From Gemmatimonadota bacterium (GTDB lineage Bacteria > Gemmatimonadota > Gemmatimonadetes > Gemmatimonadales > GWC2-71-9), in NCBI GenBank assembly GCA_036679605.1, contig JAZDCZ010000289.1, forward strand, positions 76,153-140,152: a DNA stretch of 64,000 nucleotides. The letters run 5' to 3'. The first letter of the stretch is position 1. Each line of letters opens with the position of its first letter. Below are positions 8,772 to 20,041 of this stretch, in pieces. Position numbers and translations under genes: made by a program. The notes below the pieces were generated by a model. It saw only the letters and a program-made list of their open reading frames with translations. It was not told where the DNA came from and ran no database searches.

Positions 8772-9968
8772 TCAACGGTATTTCTTCACCACAGCCGCCA
8801 GAACCTCAATAGCCTCATGTAACTGCTGGTCTGACAGATACGGTGCGGGCCCCAGTCTCAGGGTGTCGCCTCGATTGTCCGCGAGAACACCGGCCTCGTT
8901 CAGGCCTTGCCGAATCGATTCTGCCAGCGGCGACCGCAGAGCTAGAAATCCGCCGATCCCACTGAGATCAATGCTCTTGTCGCGAGATATGATTGCCTCG
9001 TCGAGATCTGCGTCATCGAACGATCGAGCCAATAAGGCCACCTGGTGTTGGCTCACCTGTCGCAGGAAATTAGGCGTCAACTGCTCACGCTCGAAGAAGT
9101 CGAACACTTCGCTCGCACGGTAATGGCTCGTGGGGTCATAGGTTGCTCCGGCAAACCGGTCCGCACCGTCGGCGTATTGAACGAGTTTGCCGGTCTCGGT
9201 CTCGCTCATGCTACCGAACTCGCCGAACCATCCGGTAATGACGGGCCGCATCCTGCATCCTGCGGGAACGCGCAGAAAACAATTACCCTCTCCGAGTTGA
9301 CAGTACTTGTATCCGCCACCAACCACGAACGCCCCTGCGAGTCGCTCCTTCCCCAGAGAGAAGGGCAGCACGTTCAGTGCATGGTATGCGTCCACGAGTA
9401 GCTCGGCTCCCACTTTCTGACAGGCTGATAGGACATCCCCCAAGCCGGGTACGATGTGTGCGTTCTGAAACAGAATTGCCGAGACCATCACTGCGGCTGT
9501 GCGATCGTCCACGGCCTCGCAGAGCCGCGCCGAAAGAGTCTTCGCAGGCAGAGCCGCGATCTTCTCCACTCGGATGTTCTCTTCGGAGAGGCGGTCAAGC
9601 TGACGTCGCAGTGTATGAAATTCACCATCGGTAGTTATGATCTTGGGGCGGTCTCGCAGGGGTATGGCCGAGATGAACCGCAATATGAGATCGTGGGTGT
9701 TTTGTGCCAGTGCGATGTCTCCCCCATCGTCGTCCAACAGCCTAGCGAACCCCCTACGTACCCGCTCTGCCTTTTCAAACGCGCGATCCCACTTCTCGTC
9801 GGCGCACTCGGCGGCATCCAGCCATGCCTGCTTCTGACCTTCAAATCCGCAATCGGGCCATGCCTGATGTGAGTGGCCGGTAAGCCGCAGGCTCTCAGTA
9901 ACACGGAACCTGCTGTAATGCTGAGCCAGCCGGTTCAGGGTTCGGTAGAGATCGGATGGATCCATCAC
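8772..9968 (-). CDS. kynU: kynureninase (PLP, class V aminotransferase fold)
   Basis: LTGHSH, VDAYH, GGGYKY and TGWF motifs; adjacent to tryptophan 2,3-dioxygenase. Confidence 0.88.
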   Translation of the reverse strand: MMDPSDLYRTLNRLAQHYSRFRVTESLRLTGHSHQAWPDCGFEGQKQAWLDAAECADEKWDRAFEKAERVRRGFARLLDDDGGDIALAQNTHDLILRFISAIPLRDRPKIITTDGEFHTLRRQLDRLSEENIRVEKIAALPAKTLSARLCEAVDDRTAAVMVSAILFQNAHIVPGLGDVLSACQKVGAELLVDAYHALNVLPFSLGKERLAGAFVVGGGYKYCQLGEGNCFLRVPAGCRMRPVITGWFGEFGSMSETETGKLVQYADGADRFAGATYDPTSHYRASEVFDFFEREQLTPNFLRQVSQHQVALLARSFDDADLDEAIISRDKSIDLSGIGGFLALRSPLAESIRQGLNEAGVLADNRGDTLRLGPAPYLSDQQLHEAIEVLAAVVKKYR

Positions 9969-9972
9969 GCCG

Positions 9973-10755
9973 TCATAGGTCGGTTCGAATTGCCCACAGG
10001 TCGGGGAAGGCCGGCTTGAAGAGTGTAGTCTTGAGGTAGTCCGCTCCGTCGGAGCCCCCGGTGCCTTCCTTTGTGCCGATGGTTCGCTGCACCATCTTCA
10101 CATGACGGTAACGCCACTCCTGAATCCCCTCGTCAAAATCCACCAAACGCTCGCACAATTGTGTGGTCAACGGGTCGTTGCGGTAAATGTCGACCAACTG
10201 TCGCTGCACGGCAGGGGATGGTTTGGTCGATTCAGTGGGGTCGGCATTCAGTAAATCCGCCGGCAACTCGTAACCGATGTTGGCGAGGTACTTCAAGAAG
10301 GTCAGCCAAAGGGACGGCTTGCGAAAGCGGATATCTAGACGCTGCCGGTCACTCGAGTCCGCGTTGAATCTCTCGAGCGCCTCGCGATTCTTGAGTCCGA
10401 GTGTGAACTCCAGTTCGCGGAACTGACATGACTGAAACCCGCTACCCGATTCGAGTCGCTCTCTGAAGGAGAGGAAGTCAAGTGGCGTCATGGTCTCCAG
10501 TATGTCCAGTTGTGCTACCAATACCTTGAGGATCGTTAGCACGCGCTTCATACCCTTCAGAACAGGTGGTGTAGCGCCGGCGTCCAGGCGCGCCATTATG
10601 TAGTCGAGTTCGTGGAGTATCTCCTTAAACCACAGTTCGTAGACCTGATGGACGACGATGAACAGCATTTCATCGTGCTCCAGGTCTTCAGATCGCGGCT
10701 GTTGCAGAGATAGGAGTTCGTCTAATTGCAGGTAGCTGGAATATGTCACCGGCAT
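9973..10755 (-). CDS. kynA: tryptophan 2,3-dioxygenase
   Basis: YSSYLQLDELL, HDEMLFIVVHQVYELWFK, SGFQS, WRYRHVKMVQRTIGTKEGTGGS, FPDLW. Confidence 0.97.
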   Translation of the reverse strand: MPVTYSSYLQLDELLSLQQPRSEDLEHDEMLFIVVHQVYELWFKEILHELDYIMARLDAGATPPVLKGMKRVLTILKVLVAQLDILETMTPLDFLSFRERLESGSGFQSCQFRELEFTLGLKNREALERFNADSSDRQRLDIRFRKPSLWLTFLKYLANIGYELPADLLNADPTESTKPSPAVQRQLVDIYRNDPLTTQLCERLVDFDEGIQEWRYRHVKMVQRTIGTKEGTGGSDGADYLKTTLFKPAFPDLWAIRTDL

Positions 10756-10794
10756 GGATACACCCGTTGTTGATGGCCTGAATGTTGACTTCGA

Positions 10795-13047
10795 TTACTT
10801 GAAGCGTGGTGTGTATTCGTTCAATGATGAGTACTGATCGGGCCACCGAAGTTCATGGCCCAGTTCGTAAGCGGCATGTCGAGTCCAGTACGGATTCCAC
10901 AGGTGCGCGCGCGCCATCACACACAGATCGGCTCGGCCCGCCGCCAGGATACTGTTCACGTCCTCGTACGAAGATATGTTGCCGACAGCCATTGTTGGAA
11001 TTCCGACCTCGTGCCTGACCCGGTCGCTGAATGGTGTCTGAAACTGACGCCCATAAACCGGCTGTGCGTCGGGAACCGTCTGTCCGGCGGAGACGTCGAT
11101 TATGTCGCAACCGTGTTCCTTTAGCAGCCGGGCTACGTCGACCGCATCATGTGGCTCTACTCCACCCGGGGCCCAGTCGGTTGCCGAGATACGTACGGAG
11201 ATAGGCTTGTGCGCTGGCCAAGACGCACGTACTGCGTCAAACACATCGAGTGGGAATCTCATCCGGCGTTCTAGGTCGCCACCGTATTCATCGGTGCGGA
11301 GGTTCGTGAGTGGCGAGATGAAGCTGCCAAGTAGGTAACCGTGGGCGAAATGTACCTCCAGCATGTCGAAGCCGGCCTCTTCCGCCATGTCGGCGGCACG
11401 GACGAACGATGCTCGCACGTCGTCCATGTCGGACCTTGTCATCTCGATCGGAACTTGGCTGTGATCGAAGTAGGGCACTGCTGACGGTGCCATGATGGGC
11501 CAGTTTCCTTTGGTGAGCGGTTCGTCCATTCCCTCCCACAATATGCGCGTCGAACCCTTCCGTCCGGCATGCCCCAACTGTAGGCCGATTCTTGCATAAC
11601 TATGCTGGTGAACGAAGTCCGTTATGCGTCTCCACTGGATGACGTGATCGGGACTGTAGATGCCGGCGCATCCGGGCGATATGCGCGCGTCGGCGCTGAT
11701 GTCGGTCATCTCCGCGATCACAAGCCCGGCGCCGCCGACGGCCCGTGCGCCCAAGTGAACAAGATGCCAGTCATTGGGAGTGCCGTCCTGTGCGCTGTAT
11801 TGACACATGGGGGAAACAACGACGCGATTGACGAGACGCATGTCCCTTAGCCTGAAAGGCGTAAAGAGCGGAGGCGGAACACGTTCAGGCCGACTCTGAT
11901 AATGTCCCTCGGCGATGGCACGCTCTGTAAACCACGTGTCTACATTGTCGATGAATTTAGGATCACGAAGTCTCAAGCTTTCATGCGTGATCCGCAGACT
12001 TCGCGTGAGCAAGTTGAACGCAAATTGTGTTGGGTCCAGGTCCATATAGCGTTCTGTATCCTCAAACCACTGTAAACTCACCTGCGCTGCCCGCTGCAAG
12101 CTTTCAACTTCTGGCCGGCGCCGCTCTTCGTACTCAGCCAATGCATCGGAGAGCGTGTCATGCGAATCAAGAGCGGCAGCAAGTGCTATGCAGTCCTCCA
12201 TTGCTAGTTTCGTTCCCGATCCAACCGAGAAATGAGCCGTGTGGGCGGCATCGCCCAGCAGAACAACGTTGTCGTATGACCACCGCTCATTCTTAATGGT
12301 TGGGAAATTACGCCAAATCGACTTGTTCTTCAGTAATCGGTGACCTTCTAACTCTTCAGCGAGCAAATTCTCGCAGAACTCGAGGGTTCGATCTTCATCC
12401 TCTTCCTCAATGCCGGTAGCGCGCCATGCACTCTCAGTAGTCTCTACGATGACTGTGGAGTGGCCGGGCTCATACTGGTACGCATGTATGCGCCATAGCC
12501 CATGTTCGTCTTGCTTGAAGTAGAAGGTGAATGCATCGAAAGATCGCGTGCTGCCGAGCCATACGAACTTGTTCGGTCTCCAGTCGATGTTGGGCCGAAA
12601 AGCGTCACTGTACTTGGCTCGTATGGTGCTGTTGAAACCGTCTGCAGCGACGACGAGATCGGCGTCACGATATTTGTCTGGGTCGGTGACCGGTGTCTCA
12701 AATTGCAGCTTTACACCGAGTTCATGACAGCGGTACGCTAGGATCAACAGGAGTTTCTGCCGAGACATGCCACTGAATCCGTGTCCCGACGATGTAATGA
12801 GTTGACCTTTGTAATGAACGTCTACGTTGTCCCAGCGTGCGACATGTCGCATCATTTCATCGTGCGTTGCACGATCGGCGGCCGCCAGGTTGTCCTGAGT
12901 GGCGTCGGAAAAAACCACACCAAACCCAAAGGTATCGTCCAGGCGATTCTGTTCTACGACGGTGATATCGTACGTAGGGTGTGCCTTCTTCATTATGACC
13001 GCGAAATACAGCCCAGCCGCGCCACCTCCAATGCACACGATTTTCAT
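10795..13047 (-). CDS. abmA: bifunctional anthraniloyl-CoA (2-aminobenzoyl-CoA) monooxygenase/reductase, salicylyl-CoA 5-hydroxylase family
   Basis: N-terminal FAD monooxygenase ([38 protein letters not shown]) fused to an OYE domain ([23 protein letters not shown]). Confidence 0.92.
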   Translation of the reverse strand: MKIVCIGGGAAGLYFAVIMKKAHPTYDITVVEQNRLDDTFGFGVVFSDATQDNLAAADRATHDEMMRHVARWDNVDVHYKGQLITSSGHGFSGMSRQKLLLILAYRCHELGVKLQFETPVTDPDKYRDADLVVAADGFNSTIRAKYSDAFRPNIDWRPNKFVWLGSTRSFDAFTFYFKQDEHGLWRIHAYQYEPGHSTVIVETTESAWRATGIEEEDEDRTLEFCENLLAEELEGHRLLKNKSIWRNFPTIKNERWSYDNVVLLGDAAHTAHFSVGSGTKLAMEDCIALAAALDSHDTLSDALAEYEERRRPEVESLQRAAQVSLQWFEDTERYMDLDPTQFAFNLLTRSLRITHESLRLRDPKFIDNVDTWFTERAIAEGHYQSRPERVPPPLFTPFRLRDMRLVNRVVVSPMCQYSAQDGTPNDWHLVHLGARAVGGAGLVIAEMTDISADARISPGCAGIYSPDHVIQWRRITDFVHQHSYARIGLQLGHAGRKGSTRILWEGMDEPLTKGNWPIMAPSAVPYFDHSQVPIEMTRSDMDDVRASFVRAADMAEEAGFDMLEVHFAHGYLLGSFISPLTNLRTDEYGGDLERRMRFPLDVFDAVRASWPAHKPISVRISATDWAPGGVEPHDAVDVARLLKEHGCDIIDVSAGQTVPDAQPVYGRQFQTPFSDRVRHEVGIPTMAVGNISSYEDVNSILAAGRADLCVMARAHLWNPYWTRHAAYELGHELRWPDQYSSLNEYTPRFK

Positions 13048-14516
13048 AGATCGTCAGTCGCAGGTGGCGCCGACAGGTTCCTGGTGCGAGGCGCAACGAG
13101 ACGACGCTTCGCTTCGTCCGTCAACGAGATGTTGGGTTCGTCTAGGTCGATACGGTCCCATAGCTTACATGTCACTTTCTTGTGTACCTGATCGAGCCCT
13201 TCACAGTAGTTAGTGAACGAACATCGGCGGATCTCGTCACCTCGGCCAAGTTTGATCTTCAAGAACCAATCGGGGTCGGCCAACGTCTGGCGGGCCGAAG
13301 CTACAATATCTGCCTCGCCGCGCTCTAGGATGCGTTCTGCTTGATCCAGAGTGCTGATGCCGCCTGATACCACGACAGGTGTCTGGTACCCCTCGTTGTG
13401 GAGTGCCATGCGGACTGTCGCTGTCGCGGCAACGTTCCGACCGAAGGGTCCGGCATCATCCGACCTAACGGTCGGCATGCATTCGTAACCGCTGGGCCCA
13501 GTGTATGGATAAGCTGCCCAACCGATCTTCGGTTGCTTTGCGTCCTCGAATTTCCCGCCGCGGGAAAGCGAAAGGTAATCCATTCCTGCATCAGCAAACT
13601 GTACTGCGAAATATGCCGCATCATCGATCGTGCTTCCGCCCGGGATACACTCCTCCGTCAGATAGCGACACCCGACCACGAACTGGCTAGATACCGCGTT
13701 CTTTACCGCATGAAACACCTCAAGTGGTAACCGAACGCGGTTAGCGAGCGACCCTCCATAGTTATCAGCGCGGTCGTTCAAAGCCGATAGAAACGAAGCC
13801 ATGGTGTAGGCGTGGGCGTAGTGTAACTCGACGCCGTGAAAGTCGCACGCCTCGGCCCGCTTGGCCGCTGCGCTGAATGTACTGGGCAATGTCATAGGAA
13901 GGTCGCGAATGTGCGGCCTATCCAGATCCGTGACACGTTCCCGGTAGCCAAATCTCAGGGACTCCAATTCACGATCCGAGAGGACGCCCGACAAATCTTC
14001 GTCGGCTAGCGCTAGTAACTCTAGCCGTATTTCTTCATCTGATCCGGCAACAACGCGACGGTGTGCGTCAGTGATCTCCAGATACTTTCCCAGAAAGAGT
14101 TCCTTAGTAGGACGTCTCCGGATGACCTGAAAGTCTATGATCTGGATGAAGAGCTTGGTGCGGTCGTGACTGGCTTTCCTTACCGTCGCGGCGAGACGCT
14201 TGAGTCCTGGTACGAAACGATCGTGTCCGATCCTCAGTAGCGGGCCGCTCTTGATGTCACGTATCCCAGTTGCCTCCACGACGATGGCACCAGGCTGCCC
14301 CTCTGCCATGCGCTCGTACCAGTCGAGGATGTCCTGAGTTACATACCCCTCATCGGTTGCCCTCCACGGTACCATTGCAGGCACCCATGTGCGTTCGGCC
14401 AGCACCAAGTGACCGAGTCGTATTGGTTGAAACCACTTGGAGCTAGCTGCCTCCCGTTTGGTGGGCCACTGCGGCTCAGGTGTCGAGTGCTTGACTGGAT
14501 TGGGTGGGTGCCACAT
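13044..14516 (-). CDS. NADH:flavin oxidoreductase (old yellow enzyme family)
   Basis: [40 protein letters not shown]-terminal Cys motif CSFTNYC...VTC. Confidence 0.88.
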   Translation of the reverse strand: MWHPPNPVKHSTPEPQWPTKREAASSKWFQPIRLGHLVLAERTWVPAMVPWRATDEGYVTQDILDWYERMAEGQPGAIVVEATGIRDIKSGPLLRIGHDRFVPGLKRLAATVRKASHDRTKLFIQIIDFQVIRRRPTKELFLGKYLEITDAHRRVVAGSDEEIRLELLALADEDLSGVLSDRELESLRFGYRERVTDLDRPHIRDLPMTLPSTFSAAAKRAEACDFHGVELHYAHAYTMASFLSALNDRADNYGGSLANRVRLPLEVFHAVKNAVSSQFVVGCRYLTEECIPGGSTIDDAAYFAVQFADAGMDYLSLSRGGKFEDAKQPKIGWAAYPYTGPSGYECMPTVRSDDAGPFGRNVAATATVRMALHNEGYQTPVVVSGGISTLDQAERILERGEADIVASARQTLADPDWFLKIKLGRGDEIRRCSFTNYCEGLDQVHKKVTCKLWDRIDLDEPNISLTDEAKRRLVAPRTRNLSAPPATDDL

Positions 14517-15651
14517 CTGCGAGTAAATGTCGGGCTATGATCAACTGTTGGATTTCCGTGGTCCCCTCATAGATCCGGAGTGCACGAACCGCTCGATACA
14601 GCCGATCCACCGTACTGTCAGCGAGGATGCCACGACCACCAAGAATCTGTATCGAATCATCGACGATACGTTGAGCAGCTTCCGTTGCGAACGCTTTGGC
14701 CATGGAGGCCTCTACGGTTACCCGATCTGCTCCGTGGTCTTTCTCGAACGCAGCCCGGTAGACTAATAGGCGGGCGGCCGTGAGATCCGTGGCCATTCGA
14801 GCAAGCTTCGCCTGCACTAGTTGGAAGTCGCCGAGCCTTGCGCCGAATTGGCGTCGCGTAACTGCGTGGTTCAATGCCTCACTCAGGGCTCGCTCGGCGA
14901 GGCCACACGCAGCGGCTCCTACGGTGGCGCGCAAGCGATCGAGTGTAGCGAGCCCGATTTTGAAGCCACCGCCCTCATCACCCAGCATGCAATCTATCGA
15001 AATGCGACAGTCGCGAAACGCGATCTCACCGAGAGGATGTGGTTCGCTCATAATTTGCGAGCCCACGAACTCGAATCCGGGGGCATCAGCTGCGACGAGA
15101 AAACAGGAGATACCCTTGGCACCCTTTTTTGGGTCAGTAGATGCGAAGACCACATAGAAGTCGGCGATGCCGGCATTGGAAATAAGCGTCTTACTGCCGT
15201 TCAGCAGGTAGTGGTCGCCATCCCGTGTGGCTACAGTGGTGAGTGCTGCTACGTCGGAGCCGGCCTCATGTTCGGTCATTGCAAAGGCGCCCATGGCTTC
15301 TCCTGCCAGCGCCCTTGGAAGCCAACGATCTTTGATTGCAGAATCTTCGATCAGGAGTAGCGGCGTGGTCCCCAGTGCCTGCAGCGCGAATACTGCATCG
15401 GCGAGAGGAGATTCATCGGCTAATGCCTCCCGTATGAGGCAGCAAGCCCTAAGGTCCTGATCGCCGATCGGCGCGAACCAACCGCTGTCTCCGAGGCTAG
15501 TCAGAATTGTGCGCGCATTCTCTCTGGCGGCGACGTCATCGGCAGCGTGGGAAATTTGTGCGATATCGTTGGCGGCGAACTCCGCTATCTGAGTTGCCAG
15601 CTCGAGGTGTCTGTCCTCGAGAAACGCCCGCACTGCATGTGTATCCGGCAC
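14476..15651 (-). CDS. acyl-CoA dehydrogenase
   Basis: AFAMTEHEAGSD, LNGSKTLISN, RRQFG, QILGGRG, RIYEGTTEIQ. Start placed at GTG 15651. Confidence 0.93.
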   Translation of the reverse strand: MPDTHAVRAFLEDRHLELATQIAEFAANDIAQISHAADDVAARENARTILTSLGDSGWFAPIGDQDLRACCLIREALADESPLADAVFALQALGTTPLLLIEDSAIKDRWLPRALAGEAMGAFAMTEHEAGSDVAALTTVATRDGDHYLLNGSKTLISNAGIADFYVVFASTDPKKGAKGISCFLVAADAPGFEFVGSQIMSEPHPLGEIAFRDCRISIDCMLGDEGGGFKIGLATLDRLRATVGAAACGLAERALSEALNHAVTRRQFGARLGDFQLVQAKLARMATDLTAARLLVYRAAFEKDHGADRVTVEASMAKAFATEAAQRIVDDSIQILGGRGILADSTVDRLYRAVRALRIYEGTTEIQQLIIARHLLADVAPTQSSQALDT

Positions 15652-15658
15652 TCGTCGC

Positions 15659-16459
15659 TCAGGTAAACTTTGGGTCGCGCTTCGCCACGAACGCATCGTA
15701 GGACTCGCGAAAGTTAGGGCTGAGCATACAGCCGGCCTGCGCCTGCGCCTCTGCGTCCAGCGCAGTCACGAAATCCATCGCTGCTTCCTGGCTGAGCGAG
15801 GTCTTGGTCACACCGAGCGCGAAGGAGGGGCCTTTGGCCAGTTGCTCGGCAAAAGTTTTCGCTTCAGCGGCTAAATCATTTCTCGAGACGACTCTATTGT
15901 AGAGACCAATGCGGAGGGCCTCTTCGGCGCTGATGAACTCACCCGTCATAAGTAATTCGCTAGCGCGTCCGAATCCTACGATACGAGGCAGGAGCCACGC
16001 GGCTCCCATATCTGCACCGGATAATCCGACGCGCGTAAAAAGAAATGCGATTTTTGCCGAGTCGGCAGCAATTCGGATGTCGCTCGCGATGGATATTACT
16101 GCCCCTGCGCCAGCTACTGTGCCGTTCAATGCAGCTACCACAGGACGTCGACATTGCCGAATTGCCAAGATCAAATCACAGGTCATTCTGGTAAATTCCA
16201 GCAGGCCCTCGTAGTCTCGTTGGAACAAAGCACCGATGATGTCTTCGACGTCGCCGCCAGAGCAGAATGCCCGGCCCGCACCTGTTATGACAATCGCGCG
16301 TACCCCGGGTTCGGTGTCGAGTTGACGGAAGGTGTCGCGAAGTTCTCCGTAGCTATCGAAGGTCAATGCATTGAGGCGATCCGGTCTATTCAGAGTTATG
16401 GTGGCAACAGCGGTATCCGTGTTGTGCTCGTAGAGAAACGTTGCCGGTGTGAGAGCCAT
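15659..16459 (-). CDS. enoyl-CoA hydratase/isomerase family
   Basis: TLNRPDRLNAL, GRAFCSGGD, PVVAALNG, LLPRIVG. Confidence 0.93.
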   Translation of the reverse strand: MALTPATFLYEHNTDTAVATITLNRPDRLNALTFDSYGELRDTFRQLDTEPGVRAIVITGAGRAFCSGGDVEDIIGALFQRDYEGLLEFTRMTCDLILAIRQCRRPVVAALNGTVAGAGAVISIASDIRIAADSAKIAFLFTRVGLSGADMGAAWLLPRIVGFGRASELLMTGEFISAEEALRIGLYNRVVSRNDLAAEAKTFAEQLAKGPSFALGVTKTSLSQEAAMDFVTALDAEAQAQAGCMLSPNFRESYDAFVAKRDPKFT

Positions 16460-16473
16460 TATGAGGGATCTCC

Positions 16474-16881
16474 TTAGTCGAATGGGATCACTGCAGTGGC
16501 CTCGATCTCGACCATCGCATTCTGCTCGAGCAAACCCTTGACCTGAACCAAGGCCATAGCTGGGAAGTGACGTCCCATGAGGGCTCGGTACGCTTGACCC
16601 AATGGTTTCAAACTCGCTGTGTAGGCGTCCAAGTCGGTCACGTAAATAGTGAGTCGACCGATATGACTTGGCTGACCGCCGGCCTCGATGACTACGGACA
16701 CTGCGTTTTCCAGGGCACGCTCGAATTGCTCGACGAATTCTTTTGCCACCACGGTTCCCGTAGAATCGCTGGCCACTTGACCCGCGACGAACAGTATGCG
16801 TCCCCTAGCCGGCGCAAGCATACCGTTGTTCCAACCCTTGGGTGCGCCCAACGATTCCGGATTAATGATTTGGAATGTCAT
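16474..16881 (-). CDS. RidA/YjgF family protein
   Basis: LFVAGQV, FPAMALVQV..L, VEIEATA. Start MTFQIINP at 16881 (ATGA overlap). Confidence 0.9.
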   Translation of the reverse strand: MTFQIINPESLGAPKGWNNGMLAPARGRILFVAGQVASDSTGTVVAKEFVEQFERALENAVSVVIEAGGQPSHIGRLTIYVTDLDAYTASLKPLGQAYRALMGRHFPAMALVQVKGLLEQNAMVEIEATAVIPFD

Positions 16882-17678
16882 CCTAGGTAGCCACCTCCGT
16901 CCATGACTATGGCTTGGCCGTTGACGCTCTTGGCGTTGGGAGTACATAACCACAGTGCGAGACTGGCCACCTCCTCCGGTGCAATCAGTCGCCTTTGCGG
17001 CGACGTGTCCAAGATCGCTGCCAAGGCTTCGTCTGCAGACATACCCGTGCTCGCTGTTATGCGCTCGACCGACTGACGTGTCATGTCGGTGTCGACGTAT
17101 CCTGGACATATGGCGTTGACCGTGACATCACGATGGGCCGCCTCGGCAGCAACAGAACGCGTGAAACCCACAACGGCATGTTTTGAAGCACTGTACGCCG
17201 AGATATACTTAGCGCCCGATACTCCTGCCACCGAAGTAATGTTGACGACGCGTCCCCAATTCTGTTCCATCATCTTGGGCAAGAACGCTTGGGTGCAGAG
17301 AAAGGTGCCGGTAGCGTTTACCGCCATCAGACGATTCCAATCATCGAGCGTTTGCTTCCGAAGCGGCGCTGACGTCGCAATTCCAGCATTGTTTACCAGA
17401 ATGTCGATATGGTCAAGGTGTCCGTATGCGGCGCTTGCCATGTCCGCTACACTGGACGGATCTGAGACATCGCACGGAACGGCCCAGGCATCGTGTCCTG
17501 CAGCTCGCAACTCTTCGACTAGTTGATCGAGTTGGCTCTGTGTCCTGGCTGTGACAATAACGGAGGCACCGGCCGCTGCCAGGGTCCTGGCCACAGCTTC
17601 TCCGATGCCTCGTCCACCACCTGTCACAAGGGCGGTCCGGTGGCCGAGTTGCGGGCGCGGCTCCATTGAATGACTCAT
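16878..17678 (-). CDS. short-chain dehydrogenase/reductase
   Basis: TGGGRGIG, NNAG, YSASK, ICPGYVDT. Confidence 0.95.
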   Translation of the reverse strand: MSHSMEPRPQLGHRTALVTGGGRGIGEAVARTLAAAGASVIVTARTQSQLDQLVEELRAAGHDAWAVPCDVSDPSSVADMASAAYGHLDHIDILVNNAGIATSAPLRKQTLDDWNRLMAVNATGTFLCTQAFLPKMMEQNWGRVVNITSVAGVSGAKYISAYSASKHAVVGFTRSVAAEAAHRDVTVNAICPGYVDTDMTRQSVERITASTGMSADEALAAILDTSPQRRLIAPEEVASLALWLCTPNAKSVNGQAIVMDGGGYLG

Positions 17679-18430
17679 GTGCTTATGTCTGCTATTATGG
17701 CCTCCTCGAGTATTGCTCCGAGAATTTCAATTGTGTTCTTGCCCTCTTCTGAAGAAGCCTCGGCGGGGTTTCCAAAGTAAGCTTGAGGTCCACCAGCCTC
17801 ACTGAATGTAGCCTTTCCTTCTCGAATTGCGGCAGAAAGCGATACGGGGTTGGGTGGTAGTTCGCGCCTTAGCTCGTCGTGCACGAGTTGTGGTCGCTTT
17901 GCCAACACGATGGATGTCTCATATTGACCGGCGTGGCAAGCACCACTCTTGAACTCCTCGGTAAGGCGCGAGGCCCAAGGCTTCTTAGTAATGTCTGGAA
18001 AAATTACTTGCAGGCGAGCTTCCTTGCGGACGCCGTTAACGGCTGTATTCAGCGATTGAAGATGGACGGGGTCCAGATGAGAGTTGGCAAGCGCGAGTAC
18101 CTGAATTCCGTGTGCCGCCAAACTGCGGGCTATGCCGACAATGGTGGCGGAAACCGCTTCTCCGTCGAGTGATACCGTGCCCGCAAACCCAGCACCGAAC
18201 CGGGCGGCAGTGTATGTCATTGTTGGCAACATTAGGACATCGTAGCCGGCTCGAACTAACCGTTCGGCGCCTGACTCAGCCATGGCCTCAGCAATGATTG
18301 CGTCGGTACCCAGTGGTAGGTGAGGACCGTGAGCTTCGATGGCTCCCACTGGGAGCACGGCGATGGTCCTAGAGCGATCCAGGTTCTCAACTTCACTCCA
18401 CGTCAGGTCAAATAGACGTAGGAGCGCCAT
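17675..18430 (-). CDS. creatininase-family amidohydrolase
   Basis: PVGAIEAHGPHLPLGTD, NSH, HAGQYETS and G.P..A motifs. Confidence 0.9.
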   Translation of the reverse strand: MALLRLFDLTWSEVENLDRSRTIAVLPVGAIEAHGPHLPLGTDAIIAEAMAESGAERLVRAGYDVLMLPTMTYTAARFGAGFAGTVSLDGEAVSATIVGIARSLAAHGIQVLALANSHLDPVHLQSLNTAVNGVRKEARLQVIFPDITKKPWASRLTEEFKSGACHAGQYETSIVLAKRPQLVHDELRRELPPNPVSLSAAIREGKATFSEAGGPQAYFGNPAEASSEEGKNTIEILGAILEEAIIADIST

Positions 18431-18478
18431 CAGACGAGATTACCAGTCATAGTTGAAGGTTGACTCACACTCCAGTTA

Positions 18479-20017
18479 ATGGGCATCATTGCACACATGA
18501 GCTTCCAACCACCCGAAAAGTTCAATATCGCCGATTACTTCCTAGACGCCAGGATCAGGGAAGGTCAAGGCCATCGGCCCGCACTCCATTGTAATAGCAC
18601 GACTGTTTCTTACCAGGAAATACAAGAACTCGCCAACAAATTTGGCAATATGCTCCGAGACAATGGCGTGATGCCAGAGCAGCGTGTGATAATAGCACTT
18701 CCTGACGGACCGGAGTTTGTAGCGGCATTGTTTGGCACACTCAAGATCGGGGCCGTTGTGGTCATGATCAACCCGGACATCAAGAAAGACGTGGCTCAAT
18801 ATTTTTACTCCTACACCCGTGCCCGCGTTGCGGTAGTCCATGACGATACGCTGGCGCCGTTCGACGACGCTGCCCAAGATGCTGTTGACCTGGCGGCGCT
18901 CATGGTGGTGGGCAGTTCCGAGTTTGACGATCGCCTAGCCACGGCTTCGAGCGACCTGGATACGTACGCAACGCACCGTGATGATGCTGCGATATGGCTC
19001 TTTTCCGGTGGAACGACCGGTCGCCCGAAGGGTGTAGTTCAGACACATTCTTCCTTCGCGAATACCACCGAATGCTACGCCAAGCAAGTGATAGCGTACA
19101 ACGAGAATGACGTAACGATCTCAGTTCCCAAGTTGTATTTCGGCTACGCCACTGGATCCAATCTCTTGTTCCCCTTTTCGGTCGGTGCGTCATCGGTGCT
19201 GTTTCCCGAGCGTTGTACCGCGGATGTCTTGTTTGCAAATATCGCTCGTTTTCGACCCACCATCTTGATCAACGTACCAACGATGATCAACCACATGGTG
19301 AATCATCCGGAAGCAAGTTCAAGAGATCTGTCATCGTTGCGTCTTGCGACATCTGCCGGAGAGGCGCTTCCAGCAGATCTGTACCACCGTTGGAAAGAGA
19401 CGTTTGGCGTGGAGATGCTCGACGGACTCGGGACGGCTGAGATGTGGCACATCTTTCTCTCTAACCGGCCGGGCGAGGTCAAGCCCGGTACCCTTGGCAA
19501 AGTTGTGCCGGGCTTCGAGGTCAGAGTGTGCGATGACATGGGACAAGAGCTTGCATGCGGCGAAATCGGATGGCTCTGGGTTCGCGGGAACTCCAGGGCG
19601 ATCGGCTACTGGCATCAGATGGAAAAAAGCAAGCAATCGTTTCGTGGAGATTGGTACATTTCGGGAGACATGGTGTGCCGTGACACCGATGGTTACTTCA
19701 CCTATTGCGGCCGCGACGACGATATGATGAAGGTAGCGGGCAAGTGGCTGTCACCTCAGGAACTCGAGAACTGCTTAATCCAACATCCGATGGTTACTGA
19801 AGCAGCTGTCGTTGGAATAGTCGACGCGAACGGGCTGACGAAACCACACGCCTTCGTTGTCCCGACAGACGAGACCGCCACACTTGAGGAGGACCTCAAG
19901 GCATTTTGTAGAGAGCGGCTCGAGCCGTACAAACATCCCCGCAAGGTAGTCTTCACGGATAAGCTCCCGCGGACGCATCTAGGTAAGATCGACCGGGGCA
20001 AACTTAGGACGACGTGA
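18479..20017 (+). CDS. benzoate/aminobenzoate-CoA ligase family
   Basis: FSGGTTGRPKG, SAGEALP, DGLGTAE, GRDDDMMKVAG and LPRTHLGKI adenylation motifs. Confidence 0.92.
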   Translation: MGIIAHMSFQPPEKFNIADYFLDARIREGQGHRPALHCNSTTVSYQEIQELANKFGNMLRDNGVMPEQRVIIALPDGPEFVAALFGTLKIGAVVVMINPDIKKDVAQYFYSYTRARVAVVHDDTLAPFDDAAQDAVDLAALMVVGSSEFDDRLATASSDLDTYATHRDDAAIWLFSGGTTGRPKGVVQTHSSFANTTECYAKQVIAYNENDVTISVPKLYFGYATGSNLLFPFSVGASSVLFPERCTADVLFANIARFRPTILINVPTMINHMVNHPEASSRDLSSLRLATSAGEALPADLYHRWKETFGVEMLDGLGTAEMWHIFLSNRPGEVKPGTLGKVVPGFEVRVCDDMGQELACGEIGWLWVRGNSRAIGYWHQMEKSKQSFRGDWYISGDMVCRDTDGYFTYCGRDDDMMKVAGKWLSPQELENCLIQHPMVTEAAVVGIVDANGLTKPHAFVVPTDETATLEEDLKAFCRERLEPYKHPRKVVFTDKLPRTHLGKIDRGKLRTT

Positions 20018-20041
20018 CTGCAAGGAACGAGGAACCCAACT

